Notes: generated by a model not told the origin, from the sequence alone. A stretch of 45,021 nucleotides of DNA from Chloroflexota bacterium (GCA_045804485.1 JBJMNA010000013.1:1-45021); one strand, 5' to 3'; shown: positions 18,339-28,438, counted from the stretch's first letter. Numbers and translations: made by a program.

Positions 18339-21300
18339 CTAGACGGCCGTCCGGTCGGCCGTGGCGATCGGACGCGATGCCGCGAGCGCGGCTTCGCCCG
18401 GGGCCGCCGCTGCCAACGCCGCTTCGAGCAGCTCGAGCACGGGCCGCGCGCCGAGCCCCGTCAGGATCTCCCGAGTGCGAGACGCCGCCGCGACGACGTC
18501 CGGCTCGCTCGGCCCGAGAACCGTCGCCATGTCGATACCGACGAGTGCCTCCTCCCACGGGAGGCCGAGCTCACGGAACCCGTCGCGTGCCGTCCGGTAC
18601 AGCGCGATCGCCTCGCCGGAGCGGCCCTCCAGGGCGGCGATGCCCCCGCGGATCGTCGCACGGCGCGCCTCGACGGCCGGACCATGGACGCCGGTGTCAT
18701 CGATCGCCGCGAGATCGTCCCGGGCGCCGACCACGTCATGGGCCCAGATCGCCGCCCGCGCCGCCAGCGCCCGGCGGCTGGGTCGGCCACCGACCATCGA
18801 GAAGCCGGCCGTCGCGAACCGCCGGGCGTCGTCGAGGCGTCCCTCGATCAGCGCTCGATAGGCACGGGTATCGGCGTAGTCGGCCGCCGCCTGGGGATCG
18901 TCATGGCCCTCGATGAGTGGCTCCCACTCGGCCCAGTCGTCGGCGGTCGCCTCACCACGCCACGTTCGAAGGATGAGGGCGTTGCCCATGAGCCAGGCGC
19001 GGTCCGGCCGATCGAGCTCACCGGCGAGCTCCGGCGCGAGCTCCGCGAGCGCCCAGTCCCAATCGCCCGTCGACCGCGCTTCCTCGGACGTATTGCCCAG
19101 CATCAGCAGCATCCGCTGGCGCATCCCGAGCTTCCGCGTCGCCGCCAGCGTTTCGCGATCGAACGCGAACGCTTGGGCCGGGTCTCGCTCCGTCAGGTAG
19201 AAACCGAGATTGCCGCGGCACGCCAGCGCGAGGCCGACGAAACCGTGGCCCTCGGCGAGCTCGAGCGCACCGCGCGTGAGCGCGCTCGCCTCATAGCTCC
19301 GGCCGACCTGCGCGAGGATGATGCCACGGCGCATGAGCATCTCGACCACGGACTCGATCAGGTCGAGCCGCTCGGCTCGGCCGATGTAGCGGTCGATGTA
19401 CTCGAGCGCGCGCTCGATGTCCTGGTGCATCGCATAGGCGCTGATCATCGCGGTGGCGAGCCGGACGAGCGCGGGCTCGTCGTCGATCCCCTTCAGTTCC
19501 TCGATCGCGGGCTCGAGGATCGCGACAGCCTCCTCGCTCCGGTACGAAGCGATCAATGTCCGCGTGATCGCGCGCAGGCTCCCCGCAAGCCCGGACGTGT
19601 CGCCCATCGCGCGGCGGAGGTCGATCGCGCGACGGAGCAGCACCTCCGCCTCGTCGAGCAGGGCGGCCTCGGTCGCGGCCTGGCCGGCGCGGTCAAGGAG
19701 GTCGGCCTCCTCGCTCGGCTCGGTCGCGACCGTCAGCGCCGAACGAAGGAAGCCGAGACCCTGTTCGTAGGACCCGAGCGCGGTGGCACGGTCGGCCGCG
19801 GCCCGCAACGCGATCCGCGCCTGGCGGGCGAGCGCGTCGGCTTCGGCAGGCTCAGTGGCGTTTTCGTGGGCCGCAAGATAGTGGCTCGCGAGCGCCCCGG
19901 CGAGCTCGTCCGTGCCGAGCGACTCGAAGAACCGTGCTGCCGCGAGGTGGCGTGTCTTGCGGTCGCGGCGGGCGAGCGTGTTGTACGCGACCTCCCGGAT
20001 GAGCGCCTGCACGAACGAGTACTGGCCCCGCTCGGCGCTTCGCGGGTCGAGGTCCTGGGTGAGCAGCTCGCGGCGGACCAGCTGGCGAAGCATCGGTTCG
20101 AGCTCGGGTTCGTCGATCCCGGAGACGGCCGCGAGCCCTGCCTGGGTGAAGCTTTGCCCGAGGACCGAGGCGTCGGAGACGAGCGCCCGTTCGACCGGCG
20201 CCAGCGCATCGAGCCGCGAGGCGATCAGCGCGGTGAGTGTCTCCGGGACGGCGACGGTCGTCAGGTCGCCGACGGGCCGGCAGACGCCGGCTTCGATGCC
20301 CAGCCGTCCCTGCGCGACGAGCATCCGGACGGTCTCGACGGCGTAGAGCGGCATGCCGTCGGCACGCCCGACGATCGAGGCGAGCGCCGACTCCGGCATC
20401 GTCGGAACGAGCCCCTTGAGGAGCTGGCGCATCGCATCGGTCGTGAGCGGCTCGAGGTAGACGGAGGTGAAGTTGCGCTTGGCGGCGCCCCACGCCGGAC
20501 GCTTGTCGAGGAGCTCCGGCCGCGCGAGCGTCACGACGAAGATCGGCACCGAACGCGACCATTCCATGAGGTGGTCGACGAAGTCCACGAGGCCCGTGTC
20601 GGCGTGGTGGAAGTCCTCGAAGACCATGATCACGGGGCCGGTATCGGCGAGCCGCTCGAAGAACGTGCGCCAGGCGCCATACAGCTCTTCGGTCGCCATG
20701 CCGGACTCGAACCCGAGGAGGATGAGCAGTGCCCGCTCGATCCAGCGGCGCTCGTCAGGGTCGACGATATGCTCGACGAGCGCTTCAGTGATCTTGGCTC
20801 GAGAGGTCGCCTCGTCGTCGGTCTCGACGAGGTGGCATCGGCCGCGGACCATCTCGCCGAGCGCCCAGAAGCTGATGCCCGTCCCGTACGCGGGTGAGCG
20901 GCCCGAGTGCCACCAGACGTCCTCGATGACGCCGTCGACGTACTTCAGGAACTCCCACCCCAGCCGCGACTTGCCGATCCCGGCCGGTCCGATGATCGAC
21001 ACGAGACGGGCGCGCCGCTCACGGCTGGTCGCCTGGAACAGGTCCTTCAGCAACCGAAGCTCGTCGTCGCGGCCGACGAACGGCGCTTCGATGCCCTCGC
21101 CGGATCGCCGGCCGTCTCGCTCGCCGATCACGCGGAGTGCGCGCCATGCGGGGACCGGGCTCGTCTTGCCCTTCAACGCCTGGTCGCCAGCGGGCTCGAA
21201 GGCGATCGACAGTGACGCCGCCTGGTACGTCCCCTCGCCGACGAGGACCGTCCCGGGCGCAGCGACCGACTGGAGGCGCGCGGCCGTGTTGACGATGTCG

Positions 21301-21896
21301 CCCGCGACCATCCCCTGGTTCGTGGCGCCGAGCGTCACGGCCGCTTCACCGGTCAGGACGCCGACGCGTGCCTGGATCGTCGGACCGAGCGTCCGGACGG
21401 CCTCGACGAGGTCGAGCGCGGTGCGGACCGCGCGTCCGGCGTCGTCCTCCTGCGCGATCGGGGCGCCCCAGACCGCCATCACCGCGTCACCGATGAACTT
21501 CTCGACGACCCCACCGTACGAGTCGATGATCCCGCGCGCGAGGTCGAAGTAGCGGGTCAGGACCTCGCGGACCTCTTCGGCGTCGCGCTCTTCGGCGAAC
21601 GGCGTGAAGCCGACGAGATCGGCGAACAGGACCGTGACGTGGCGGCGCTCGGCGACGGGCTCGTGGGACGGCGTGGTAGCGGTGCGTGCCTCGACCGGCA
21701 AGGCCCCGGCGGCACCGAGGACCGACCCGCATTCGCTGCAGAACTTCGCGTCGGGCAGCGTCGGCGAGCCGCACGTCGGACAGGCCGCCATGAGGCGGGT
21801 CCCGCAGTCCTTGCAGAACTTGGCTCCGACCGGATTCTCGCTCCGGCAGACGGGACAGGCCACGCGCGACTCCAACACGGGGGACGGTGAAGACAT
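18339..21896 (-). CDS. Multidomain signalling protein: double zinc ribbon, class III adenylate/guanylate cyclase, P-loop STAND-type NTPase and a helical (TPR-like) repeat region
   Basis: The zinc ribbons are CPVCRSENPVGAKFCKDCG and CPTCGSPTLPDAKFCSECG. The cyclase core is RRHVTVLFADLVGFT, KFIGDAVMAVWG and IVNTAARL. The Walker A motif is IIGPAGIGKSRLG. About 600 aa of Leu/Ala-rich helical repeats follow. The start is either the ATG at 21896 (MSSPSPV) or the one at 21944. I saw no C-terminal HTH. Confidence 0.85.
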   Translation of the reverse strand: MSSPSPVLESRVACPVCRSENPVGAKFCKDCGTRLMAACPTCGSPTLPDAKFCSECGSVLGAAGALPVEARTATTPSHEPVAERRHVTVLFADLVGFTPFAEERDAEEVREVLTRYFDLARGIIDSYGGVVEKFIGDAVMAVWGAPIAQEDDAGRAVRTALDLVEAVRTLGPTIQARVGVLTGEAAVTLGATNQGMVAGDIVNTAARLQSVAAPGTVLVGEGTYQAASLSIAFEPAGDQALKGKTSPVPAWRALRVIGERDGRRSGEGIEAPFVGRDDELRLLKDLFQATSRERRARLVSIIGPAGIGKSRLGWEFLKYVDGVIEDVWWHSGRSPAYGTGISFWALGEMVRGRCHLVETDDEATSRAKITEALVEHIVDPDERRWIERALLILLGFESGMATEELYGAWRTFFERLADTGPVIMVFEDFHHADTGLVDFVDHLMEWSRSVPIFVVTLARPELLDKRPAWGAAKRNFTSVYLEPLTTDAMRQLLKGLVPTMPESALASIVGRADGMPLYAVETVRMLVAQGRLGIEAGVCRPVGDLTTVAVPETLTALIASRLDALAPVERALVSDASVLGQSFTQAGLAAVSGIDEPELEPMLRQLVRRELLTQDLDPRSAERGQYSFVQALIREVAYNTLARRDRKTRHLAAARFFESLGTDELAGALASHYLAAHENATEPAEADALARQARIALRAAADRATALGSYEQGLGFLRSALTVATEPSEEADLLDRAGQAATEAALLDEAEVLLRRAIDLRRAMGDTSGLAGSLRAITRTLIASYRSEEAVAILEPAIEELKGIDDEPALVRLATAMISAYAMHQDIERALEYIDRYIGRAERLDLIESVVEMLMRRGIILAQVGRSYEASALTRGALELAEGHGFVGLALACRGNLGFYLTERDPAQAFAFDRETLAATRKLGMRQRMLLMLGNTSEEARSTGDWDWALAELAPELAGELDRPDRAWLMGNALILRTWRGEATADDWAEWEPLIEGHDDPQAAADYADTRAYRALIEGRLDDARRFATAGFSMVGGRPSRRALAARAAIWAHDVVGARDDLAAIDDTGVHGPAVEARRATIRGGIAALEGRSGEAIALYRTARDGFRELGLPWEEALVGIDMATVLGPSEPDVVAAASRTREILTGLGARPVLELLEAALAAAAPGEAALAASRPIATADRTAV

Positions 21897-21951
21897 CAGC
21901 CTAGCGGAACGCGCTCGAACCGATGAACGGCCTCGCTGAGTCACCCGCCGC

Positions 21952-21957
21952 TACACT
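21952..21957 (+). promoter_or_regulatory. Candidate -10 box (TACACT) placed for a leaderless or near-leaderless lepA transcript
   Basis: TACACT ends 8 nt before the lepA GTG at 21966. No SD is seen in the intervening CTGCCCCGTC. Confidence 0.3.
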
Positions 21958-21965
21958 GCCCCGTC

Positions 21966-23777
21966 GTGACCATCCCCCAGGACCGCTTGCGCAACTTCTC
22001 GATCATCGCGCACATCGATCACGGCAAGTCGACGCTGGCCGACCGGCTGCTCGAGCTGACGCACACCATCGACGCGCGCCAGATGACGAGCCAGGTCCTC
22101 GATTCGATGGACCTCGAGCGCGAGAAGGGCATCACGATCAAGGCGCGCGCCGTCCGCCTCGAGTACAAGGCGCGCGACGGCCTCGTGTATGGCCTCAACC
22201 TCATCGACACGCCTGGTCATGTCGACTTCGCGTACGAGGTCAGCCACTCGCTCCAGGCCTGTGAGGGCGCGATCCTCGTCGTGGACGCCACCCAGGGCAT
22301 CGAGGCGCAGACGCTCGCCAACGTCCATCTCGCGTTGAGGGAGAACCTCACGCTCATCCCGGTCCTCAACAAGATCGACCTGCCCTCAGCGGACCCCGAC
22401 ACGATCATGGACGAGCTCGAGAACGTGCTGGCCATCCCGCGCGAGGAGGTCATCCTCGCCTCGGCCAAGGACGGGACGGGCGTCCCGGAGATCCTCGAGG
22501 CGATCGTCGCCCGGATCCCGCCGCCGAAGGGCGACCCCGCCGAGCCGTTGAAGGGCCTCATCTTCGACAGCCACTACGACGCGTACAAGGGCGTCGTCGT
22601 CTACGTCCGACTCGCGGCGGGCACGCTCAAGGACGGCGAGCCCGTCCGGCTGATGGCCAGCGGCGCCGTCGCCGACCCGCTCGAGCTCGGTGTCTTCCGG
22701 CCGCAGCTCGTGCCCGTCGCCCGTCTCGTGGCAGGCGAGGTCGGCTATATCGCGACGGGCCTCAAGAGCGTCCGCGACGCTCAGGTCGGCGACACCGTCA
22801 CGACCGTCGCTCGTCCTGCGCGCGAGCCGCTGCCGGGCTACCAGGAGGCGAAGAGCCTCGTCTTCGCCGGCATCTATCCGGTGAGCGGTGAGGACTATCC
22901 GCTCCTGCGCGACGCGCTCGAGAAGCTGCACCTGAACGACGCCAGCTTCACCTACACGCCGGAGAGCTCGGTGGCGCTCGGGTTCGGGTTCCGGTGCGGA
23001 TTCCTCGGGCTGCTGCACATGGAGATCGTCCAGGAGCGCCTCGAGCGCGAGTTCTCGCTCGACCTCATCGCGTCGGCGCCGTCCGTCGAATACCACGTCC
23101 AGCTGACGAACCAGCGTGGCGAGGTCGTCGTCGACAACCCCGCCCTCCTCCCGAACCCGGGCGAGATCGAGACGATCGAGGAGCCCTGGGTCAAGCTCAG
23201 CCTCGTCACCCCGAGCCAGTACATCGGCTCGCTCATGGAGCTCTCGACCAATCGGCGTGGCGAGTTCATGACGATGGAGTACCTCGACCCGACACGCGTC
23301 GTCCTTCACTTCGAGATGCCTCTGGCCGAGCTCATCGTCGACTACTTCGACCAGATGAAGAGCCGCAGCCAGGGCTACGCGTCGATGGACTACGAGGAGC
23401 TCGGCTATCGGCCCGCCAACCTCGTCAAGGTCGACATCCTCGTCAACGGCGAGCCGGTCGACGCGTTGTCGCTGATCGTCCACCGCGACCGGGCGCAGTC
23501 GACGGGCCGTGCGCTGACCGAACGGCTCAAGCAGCTCATCCCGCGCCAGATGTTCGAGATCCCGATCCAGGCGGCCATCGGCTCGAACGTCATCGCACGC
23601 GAATCGGTGCGCGCGATGCGCAAGAACGTGCTCGCCAAGTGCTACGGTGGCGACATCACCCGCAAGCGCAAGCTGCTCGAGAAGCAGAAAGAGGGCAAGC
23701 AGCGCATGAAGCGGGTGGGTTCTGTCGAGATCCCGCAGGAGGCCTTCCTGGCGATGCTCCGGATGGACGAGGGCTAG
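21966..23777 (+). CDS. lepA: Translation elongation factor 4 (LepA)
   Basis: Motifs are [31 protein letters not shown] and NKIDLP. The characteristic LepA C-terminus is [25 protein letters not shown]. Confidence 0.95.
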   Translation: MTIPQDRLRNFSIIAHIDHGKSTLADRLLELTHTIDARQMTSQVLDSMDLEREKGITIKARAVRLEYKARDGLVYGLNLIDTPGHVDFAYEVSHSLQACEGAILVVDATQGIEAQTLANVHLALRENLTLIPVLNKIDLPSADPDTIMDELENVLAIPREEVILASAKDGTGVPEILEAIVARIPPPKGDPAEPLKGLIFDSHYDAYKGVVVYVRLAAGTLKDGEPVRLMASGAVADPLELGVFRPQLVPVARLVAGEVGYIATGLKSVRDAQVGDTVTTVARPAREPLPGYQEAKSLVFAGIYPVSGEDYPLLRDALEKLHLNDASFTYTPESSVALGFGFRCGFLGLLHMEIVQERLEREFSLDLIASAPSVEYHVQLTNQRGEVVVDNPALLPNPGEIETIEEPWVKLSLVTPSQYIGSLMELSTNRRGEFMTMEYLDPTRVVLHFEMPLAELIVDYFDQMKSRSQGYASMDYEELGYRPANLVKVDILVNGEPVDALSLIVHRDRAQSTGRALTERLKQLIPRQMFEIPIQAAIGSNVIARESVRAMRKNVLAKCYGGDITRKRKLLEKQKEGKQRMKRVGSVEIPQEAFLAMLRMDEG

Positions 23778-23784
23778 GCAGCCG

Positions 23785-24555
23785 GTGGACGAGTTCGTCA
23801 TCCTCGCGCGGTCGCTGATCTCGATCGGTCTCCTGCTGCTGCTCGTCATGCTCCGACTCGACGCCGAGAAGTTCGGCACGGCTGAGTACTACGAGGCGAC
23901 GCGCGACGGGGAACGCCCGAAGCTCAGGCGCCGGGTCGCCTGGTATGTCATCGGCTTCGGGCTCGTCATCGCGCTGCTGTACATCCATCCGACGCCCCAG
24001 CGTGACCTGTACCTCGGGTCCGGGTCACGGCTCCAGGCGGTCCTCGGTGGGATCACCTACGGCATCCTCGGGATCCTGGTCGCGATCGGCTTCGCGACCT
24101 ATCGATACCACCGGATCCGCTTCCCGGAGCTCTGGTCGTATCCGGGCGCGCTCCTCAATTCCACCGCGACCGCGTTCATCGACGAGGCCACGTTCCGGGG
24201 CGCGCTCCTCGGGCTGTTGCTCGTCGCCGGGGTGAACCCGACCCTCGCCAACTTCGCGCAGGCGATCCTCTACACCCTGACCACGCGGCTCGCCGCTCCG
24301 GGGCGCGACCGCTATCTCCTGCTTCTGACACTCGGCATCGGCCTCCTCGGCGGGTGGCTGACCGTGGCGACAGGCGGCATCGCCGCTGCGTTCCTCGGGC
24401 ATTCGATCACCCGGTTCGCGTTCTTCCTGTGCACCGGGCACGCCGGGCAGACGAAGCCTCGGGCCCGTGAGCCCGAGGAGATCGAGAAACGCCGCCGGCC
24501 GCCAGAGGGCTGGCGGGTCATCGGATCACGGGAGTCCTCATCCCGGGAACGCTGA
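23785..24555 (+). CDS. CPBP (CAAX/Abi)-like intramembrane protein, possibly with degenerate catalytic motifs
   Basis: It has six to seven TM helices. DEATFRG occupies the EExxxR position and GHSITRF the distal His position. I did not see a clear FxxxH second motif. It sits between lepA (7-nt gap) and hemW (1-nt overlap). Confidence 0.5.
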   Translation: MDEFVILARSLISIGLLLLLVMLRLDAEKFGTAEYYEATRDGERPKLRRRVAWYVIGFGLVIALLYIHPTPQRDLYLGSGSRLQAVLGGITYGILGILVAIGFATYRYHRIRFPELWSYPGALLNSTATAFIDEATFRGALLGLLLVAGVNPTLANFAQAILYTLTTRLAAPGRDRYLLLLTLGIGLLGGWLTVATGGIAAAFLGHSITRFAFFLCTGHAGQTKPRAREPEEIEKRRRPPEGWRVIGSRESSSRER

Positions 24556-25763
24556 TGGGGCCGGTCGCTTCGCCACCCGTGGCGCTCTACATCCACGTGC
24601 CGTTCTGCGTGTCGCTGTGTCCCTACTGCGACTTCGTCGTCGTCGCGGGCGCGGCGGCCCGCGGGCCACGGGCGCGGGTCGAGGCGTTCGTCGCGGCGCT
24701 GCTCGTCGAGCTCAGCTTGCGGGCGGACGCGCTGGACGCGGCATTCCCGGCTGGCCGGCCGCCGCTCGAGACCGTCTACCTCGGTGGTGGGACACCGTCG
24801 CTCCTGCCGTCGCAGTCGCTGGCGGCGATCCTGGACACGGTGCGGGCTCGGTTCGGCATCGCGGATGACGCTGAGGTCACGGTCGAGGCCAACCCGGGAC
24901 CCGACGAACACGGCGACGCCGCCGCGATGCGGGCATCCGGGGTGACCCGCCTCTCCATCGGGGCACAGTCGATGTCCGCGTCCGGGCTTCGACGCCTGGG
25001 TCGTCGCCACCGCGTCGTCGACGTCGTTCGGACCGTCGGCGAAGCGCGCCAAGCCGGCATCACCTCGATCAGCCTGGACCTGTTGTACGACGTACCTGAC
25101 GCGAGTCTGGCGGACTGGATCGATACGCTCGAGACAGCGCTGGACCTCGAGCCCGATCATCTCTCGCTGTATGCGCTCACGCTCGACGACCCAGACGCCG
25201 AAGGCCTGACGGGCCCCGGCGGCGACCACCTGCCGACCTCATCGGGGGCGCGCCGGTGGCGGGACGCTGCGCGGCCGGCGCAGGACGAGGACCGGGCAGC
25301 CGCGCAATACCACCATGCCGTCCACCGGCTCGGCGCGGATGGCTGGCGCGGCTACGAGATCAGCAACTGGGCGCGGCCAGGCCATGAGAGCCGGCACAAC
25401 CTCGTCTACTGGCAGCGGCGCCCGTACGAAGCGGTCGGTCCGGGCGCCCACGCATTCGACGGCGTGACCCGCCGGTGGAGTGCGGCACGGCTGGAGGGGT
25501 ACCTCGCGAGCCTCGGCGCTGGGGTTCTGCCACCCGGCGGCTCGGAAACCCCAGGCCCCGAGGCGGCCGTCGCCGAGACCGTCATCCTGGGCCTGCGGAC
25601 GGACCGAGGAGTGCCCTTGGCTGCCGCTCACGAGCCGCCGCTCGACGACGCGTTCGGCTGGGCCCTCGCGGCCGAGCTACTCGAAGTCACCGCGGGGGAC
25701 CGGGTCGTCCTGACGACGCGCGGCCGTCTTCTCTCGAACGAGCTATTCAGCCGACTCGTCTAG
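24555..25763 (+). CDS. hemW: Radical-SAM heme chaperone HemW (HemN-like, oxygen-independent coproporphyrinogen oxidase family)
   Basis: The radical-SAM motif is LYIHVPFCVSLCPYCDF (CxxxCxxC). YLGGGTPSLL, RLSIGAQS and NLVYW are present. The position after lepA is conserved. Confidence 0.9.
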   Translation: MGPVASPPVALYIHVPFCVSLCPYCDFVVVAGAAARGPRARVEAFVAALLVELSLRADALDAAFPAGRPPLETVYLGGGTPSLLPSQSLAAILDTVRARFGIADDAEVTVEANPGPDEHGDAAAMRASGVTRLSIGAQSMSASGLRRLGRRHRVVDVVRTVGEARQAGITSISLDLLYDVPDASLADWIDTLETALDLEPDHLSLYALTLDDPDAEGLTGPGGDHLPTSSGARRWRDAARPAQDEDRAAAQYHHAVHRLGADGWRGYEISNWARPGHESRHNLVYWQRRPYEAVGPGAHAFDGVTRRWSAARLEGYLASLGAGVLPPGGSETPGPEAAVAETVILGLRTDRGVPLAAAHEPPLDDAFGWALAAELLEVTAGDRVVLTTRGRLLSNELFSRLV

Positions 25764-26687
25764 CGGATCCTCGCGGGGCGTCGACGCTGTCGCGATCTCC
25801 ACGTCGCCTGTCGGTGAATCCGACGGCGCGTACTCCCGCGTGCTGAAGTACCGGCCTATCGCGTCGATCACGTCGCTGGAGCGGGTGAACAGGATGTACC
25901 GCTTCCGCGGGCCCGCGAAACCCGTCGCGACCAGGGGGATCCGGAAGTCGACGAACACCCCGTTTGCCGCCCCGACGCGCTTGACGGACGCCTCGGACCA
26001 ATACGAGGTGTGGCCGGGGACGAAGACGTATGACTGCCGGGAGAGCCGCCCACCGTCGTACAGGTTGGTGGAGCAGACGAGCAATCCGTCCGGCTCGACG
26101 AAGTCGAACAATGCGCGGAGGTCTGCCGTCGGATCGAGGAAATGCTCGATGACCTCGCTCGCGACGACAACGTCGAACCGTCGCGCCGCAGGGAGGTTCG
26201 AATCGATGAACTCGCCGTCGTCGCGGAGCTTCATCACGTCGGCGATCGCGACGTGGCGGACCTCCGGCAGCGCTGCGATATGGCGGTTGTCGAGACTCCG
26301 CCCGGCACCGTAGACGAGGACGTCGAGGCCGGCGCGCCCGAGGATGTCGATCGCCATCTGCGCCATGTGGAACTCACGGCCGGGACGTTCCAGGCGACCC
26401 GTCCGCGCCGCGTTGCTCATCTCCTCGACGTGTCCCAGCGAGCGGTAGTCATAGACGTTCTCGGGGTTCCTGACGAAGCCGCAGACACGACAAGGGAACA
26501 TCCGGAGGGTCTTGGCCGGCGCGCCGCCGCGGACGTTCGCCGTGTCCTGGCGAACGGTGAGGATCCGTGTTCGCGCACCGCAGATCACACATCTGGGCGA
26601 AAGCCGGATGGCGCTCCGGACACGGTCGCGAACGACCCGCGGCCCGGGAAGTCCGAGATCGAGGCTGGACGTCGTCACAGCCGCCAT
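25743..26687 (-). CDS. Class I SAM-dependent methyltransferase with an N-terminal zinc ribbon
   Basis: The zinc ribbon is CVICGARTR...CRVCGF (two CxxC pairs). SAM motif I is DVLVYGAGRS. DVVVASEVIEHFLDP and the acidic ADV loop are present. I prefer the ATG at 26687 because the tracked ATG at 26729 would overlap the hrcA -35 box. The 3' end overlaps the hemW 3' end by 21 nt, convergently. Confidence 0.7.
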   Translation of the reverse strand: MAAVTTSSLDLGLPGPRVVRDRVRSAIRLSPRCVICGARTRILTVRQDTANVRGGAPAKTLRMFPCRVCGFVRNPENVYDYRSLGHVEEMSNAARTGRLERPGREFHMAQMAIDILGRAGLDVLVYGAGRSLDNRHIAALPEVRHVAIADVMKLRDDGEFIDSNLPAARRFDVVVASEVIEHFLDPTADLRALFDFVEPDGLLVCSTNLYDGGRLSRQSYVFVPGHTSYWSEASVKRVGAANGVFVDFRIPLVATGFAGPRKRYILFTRSSDVIDAIGRYFSTREYAPSDSPTGDVEIATASTPREDPLDESAE

Positions 26688-26716
26688 CGTACGTCGCGCT
26701 CGCGCGCCATTTCGCG

Positions 26717-26746
26717 TTGACACCCGCATCCACTGGCTGCTACGAT
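26717..26746 (+). promoter_or_regulatory. Sigma-A-type promoter for the hrcA-grpE-dnaK operon
   Basis: TTGACA (26717-26722), an 18-nt spacer and TACGAT (26741-26746) lie immediately upstream of the CIRCE element. Confidence 0.55.
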
Positions 26747-26759
26747 GCCCTCGACACCG

Positions 26760-26786
26760 TTAGCACTCTCCCCCTTAGAGTGCTAA
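26760..26786. promoter_or_regulatory. CIRCE operator (HrcA binding site)
   Basis: TTAGCACTC-tccccctta-GAGTGCTAA is a perfect match to the CIRCE consensus TTAGCACTC-N9-GAGTGCTAA. It lies 20 nt upstream of the hrcA start. Confidence 0.92.
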
Positions 26787-26805
26787 CTCATCAGGAGACA
26801 GGCCC

Positions 26806-27876
26806 TTGGCGCGACGAAATCGCCGCCCACTCGGCCCTTTGGACCTTCGCACGCAGGCGATCCTACGGGCCGTCATCGAGGAATATGTCACGACCGCGAC
26901 GCCGGTCGGGAGCCAGGCGCTCGTCGAGCGCTATAGCCTCGGCGTGTCCAGTGCGACCGTTCGAAGCATCCTGGCCGAGCTTGAGGCGAACGGGCTCCTG
27001 ACACACCCGCATACCTCCGCCGGTCGCATCCCCACCGACGAGGGCTATCGCTTCTACGTCGAGTCGATCGCCGAGGCGGTGCCGCTGCCCGCCGTCGAGC
27101 AGCTGATGATCCGCCACCAGTTCGGCCAGGTGGAATTCGCCAGCGAGCATTGGTTCCGGCTCGCTGCGACGACCCTCGCCTCGGTGACGCGCGCGGCCGG
27201 GATCGCCACGCCGGCCAAGCCGCGCGACGCGCATATCCGGAGGATCGACCTCGTCGCGATCAACGACCGGATGGCGAGCCTGATCCTCGTCCTCCGCGAG
27301 GGTGCCATCAAGCAGGCGCTCGTCACGGTCGACGGCGACGACGCGATCGATCAGCCGACGCTCAACGCCGTCGCCGGCCTCCTCAACGAGCGCCTCGTCG
27401 ACATGACGGCGCGCCGCGCCGAGACGCGGCTGGCCCTCCTCGACCCGAGCGACCGCGTCCAGGCGCTCGCCCGCAGGGTCGGTGACCGCGTCGTGAAGGT
27501 CGTTCGCGAGTACGACGCCGATGCGATCGAAGAGGTCTACAGCGACGGCCTGCTCAATGTCATGGAAGCGCCCGAGTTCGCCCAGAGCGAGAAGCTTCGG
27601 CGCGTCTTCAATGCGCTCGAGAACCGGGTCTACCTCGGCCAGCTCGTCGGCAGCGTCGCCGGCGCGGGCCAGGTCCAGGTGTTCATCGGGCACGAGAACC
27701 AGCCGCTCGACATGCGCGACGTCTCGCTCGTGCTCGCCCCGTACGGGCGGCCGGGGCAGGCCATCGGCGTCGTCGGCGTTCTGGGGCCGACCCGGATGTC
27801 CTACTCCCAGGCCATCGGCACGGTGCGCTTCGTGTCGGGCCTCATGAATGAACTGGTGGATCACCTCTATGCCTGA
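26806..27876 (+). CDS. hrcA: Heat-inducible transcription repressor HrcA
   Basis: The TTG start has AGGAG at 26793-26797. Motifs are ILRAVIEEYVTTATPVGSQALVERY..VSSATVRSILAELE.NGLLTHPHTSAGRIPTD.GYR. Confidence 0.92.
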   Translation: MARRNRRPLGPLDLRTQAILRAVIEEYVTTATPVGSQALVERYSLGVSSATVRSILAELEANGLLTHPHTSAGRIPTDEGYRFYVESIAEAVPLPAVEQLMIRHQFGQVEFASEHWFRLAATTLASVTRAAGIATPAKPRDAHIRRIDLVAINDRMASLILVLREGAIKQALVTVDGDDAIDQPTLNAVAGLLNERLVDMTARRAETRLALLDPSDRVQALARRVGDRVVKVVREYDADAIEEVYSDGLLNVMEAPEFAQSEKLRRVFNALENRVYLGQLVGSVAGAGQVQVFIGHENQPLDMRDVSLVLAPYGRPGQAIGVVGVLGPTRMSYSQAIGTVRFVSGLMNELVDHLYA

Positions 27877-28438
27877 TCGGCAACGCACACACCGCACCCG
27901 CGCCGAGGAGCGCGCAGACGACATCGATGTCTCGCCGACCGCGCTCGTCGCGCAGATCGAGACGCTGACCGGCGAGCGCGACGCGGCGCTCCAGACCGCC
28001 GACGAGTACCTCGGCGCGCTCCAGCGCGAGCGCGCGGAGTTCCAGAACTTCAAGCGGCGGACCACCGAGGAGCGGATGCGCGACCTCGGGCTTGCCGGCG
28101 AGGACCTCATCCGGAAGGTGCTGACCGTCGCCGACGACTTCGACCGCGCCATCGACGCGCGGCCGGAATCGGTCGCGACCGACCCGTGGTTCGAGGGCAT
28201 CTCCGCCATCGACCGCAAGCTCCGGGCGCTGCTCGAGAGCGAGGGCGTCAGCACCATCGACGCGACCCCGGGCACATCGTTCGACCCTCGCGAGCACGAG
28301 GCGATCGCCAACGTGCCGGGCACGGATCGGCCCGACGGCGAGATCGTCGAAGAGGTCCGACGGGGCTACCGACTCCGAGACCGCGTCATCCGCCCGGCGC
28401 TCGTCGCCGTGGCATCCACCAACGACACCAACGACTGA
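27869..28438 (+). CDS. grpE: Nucleotide exchange factor GrpE
   Basis: The ATG at 27869 overlaps the hrcA stop (ATGCCTGA). Motifs are [28 protein letters not shown] and [14 protein letters not shown]. Confidence 0.9.
   Translation: MPDRQRTHRTRAEERADDIDVSPTALVAQIETLTGERDAALQTADEYLGALQRERAEFQNFKRRTTEERMRDLGLAGEDLIRKVLTVADDFDRAIDARPESVATDPWFEGISAIDRKLRALLESEGVSTIDATPGTSFDPREHEAIANVPGTDRPDGEIVEEVRRGYRLRDRVIRPALVAVASTNDTND

Noticed and set aside
18684-20897. 737-aa plus-strand ORF inside the cyclase/STAND gene
   Set aside because: It is antisense to a frame with clear zinc-ribbon, cyclase and Walker A motifs. The product is Arg/Glu/Asp/Gly-rich without motifs.
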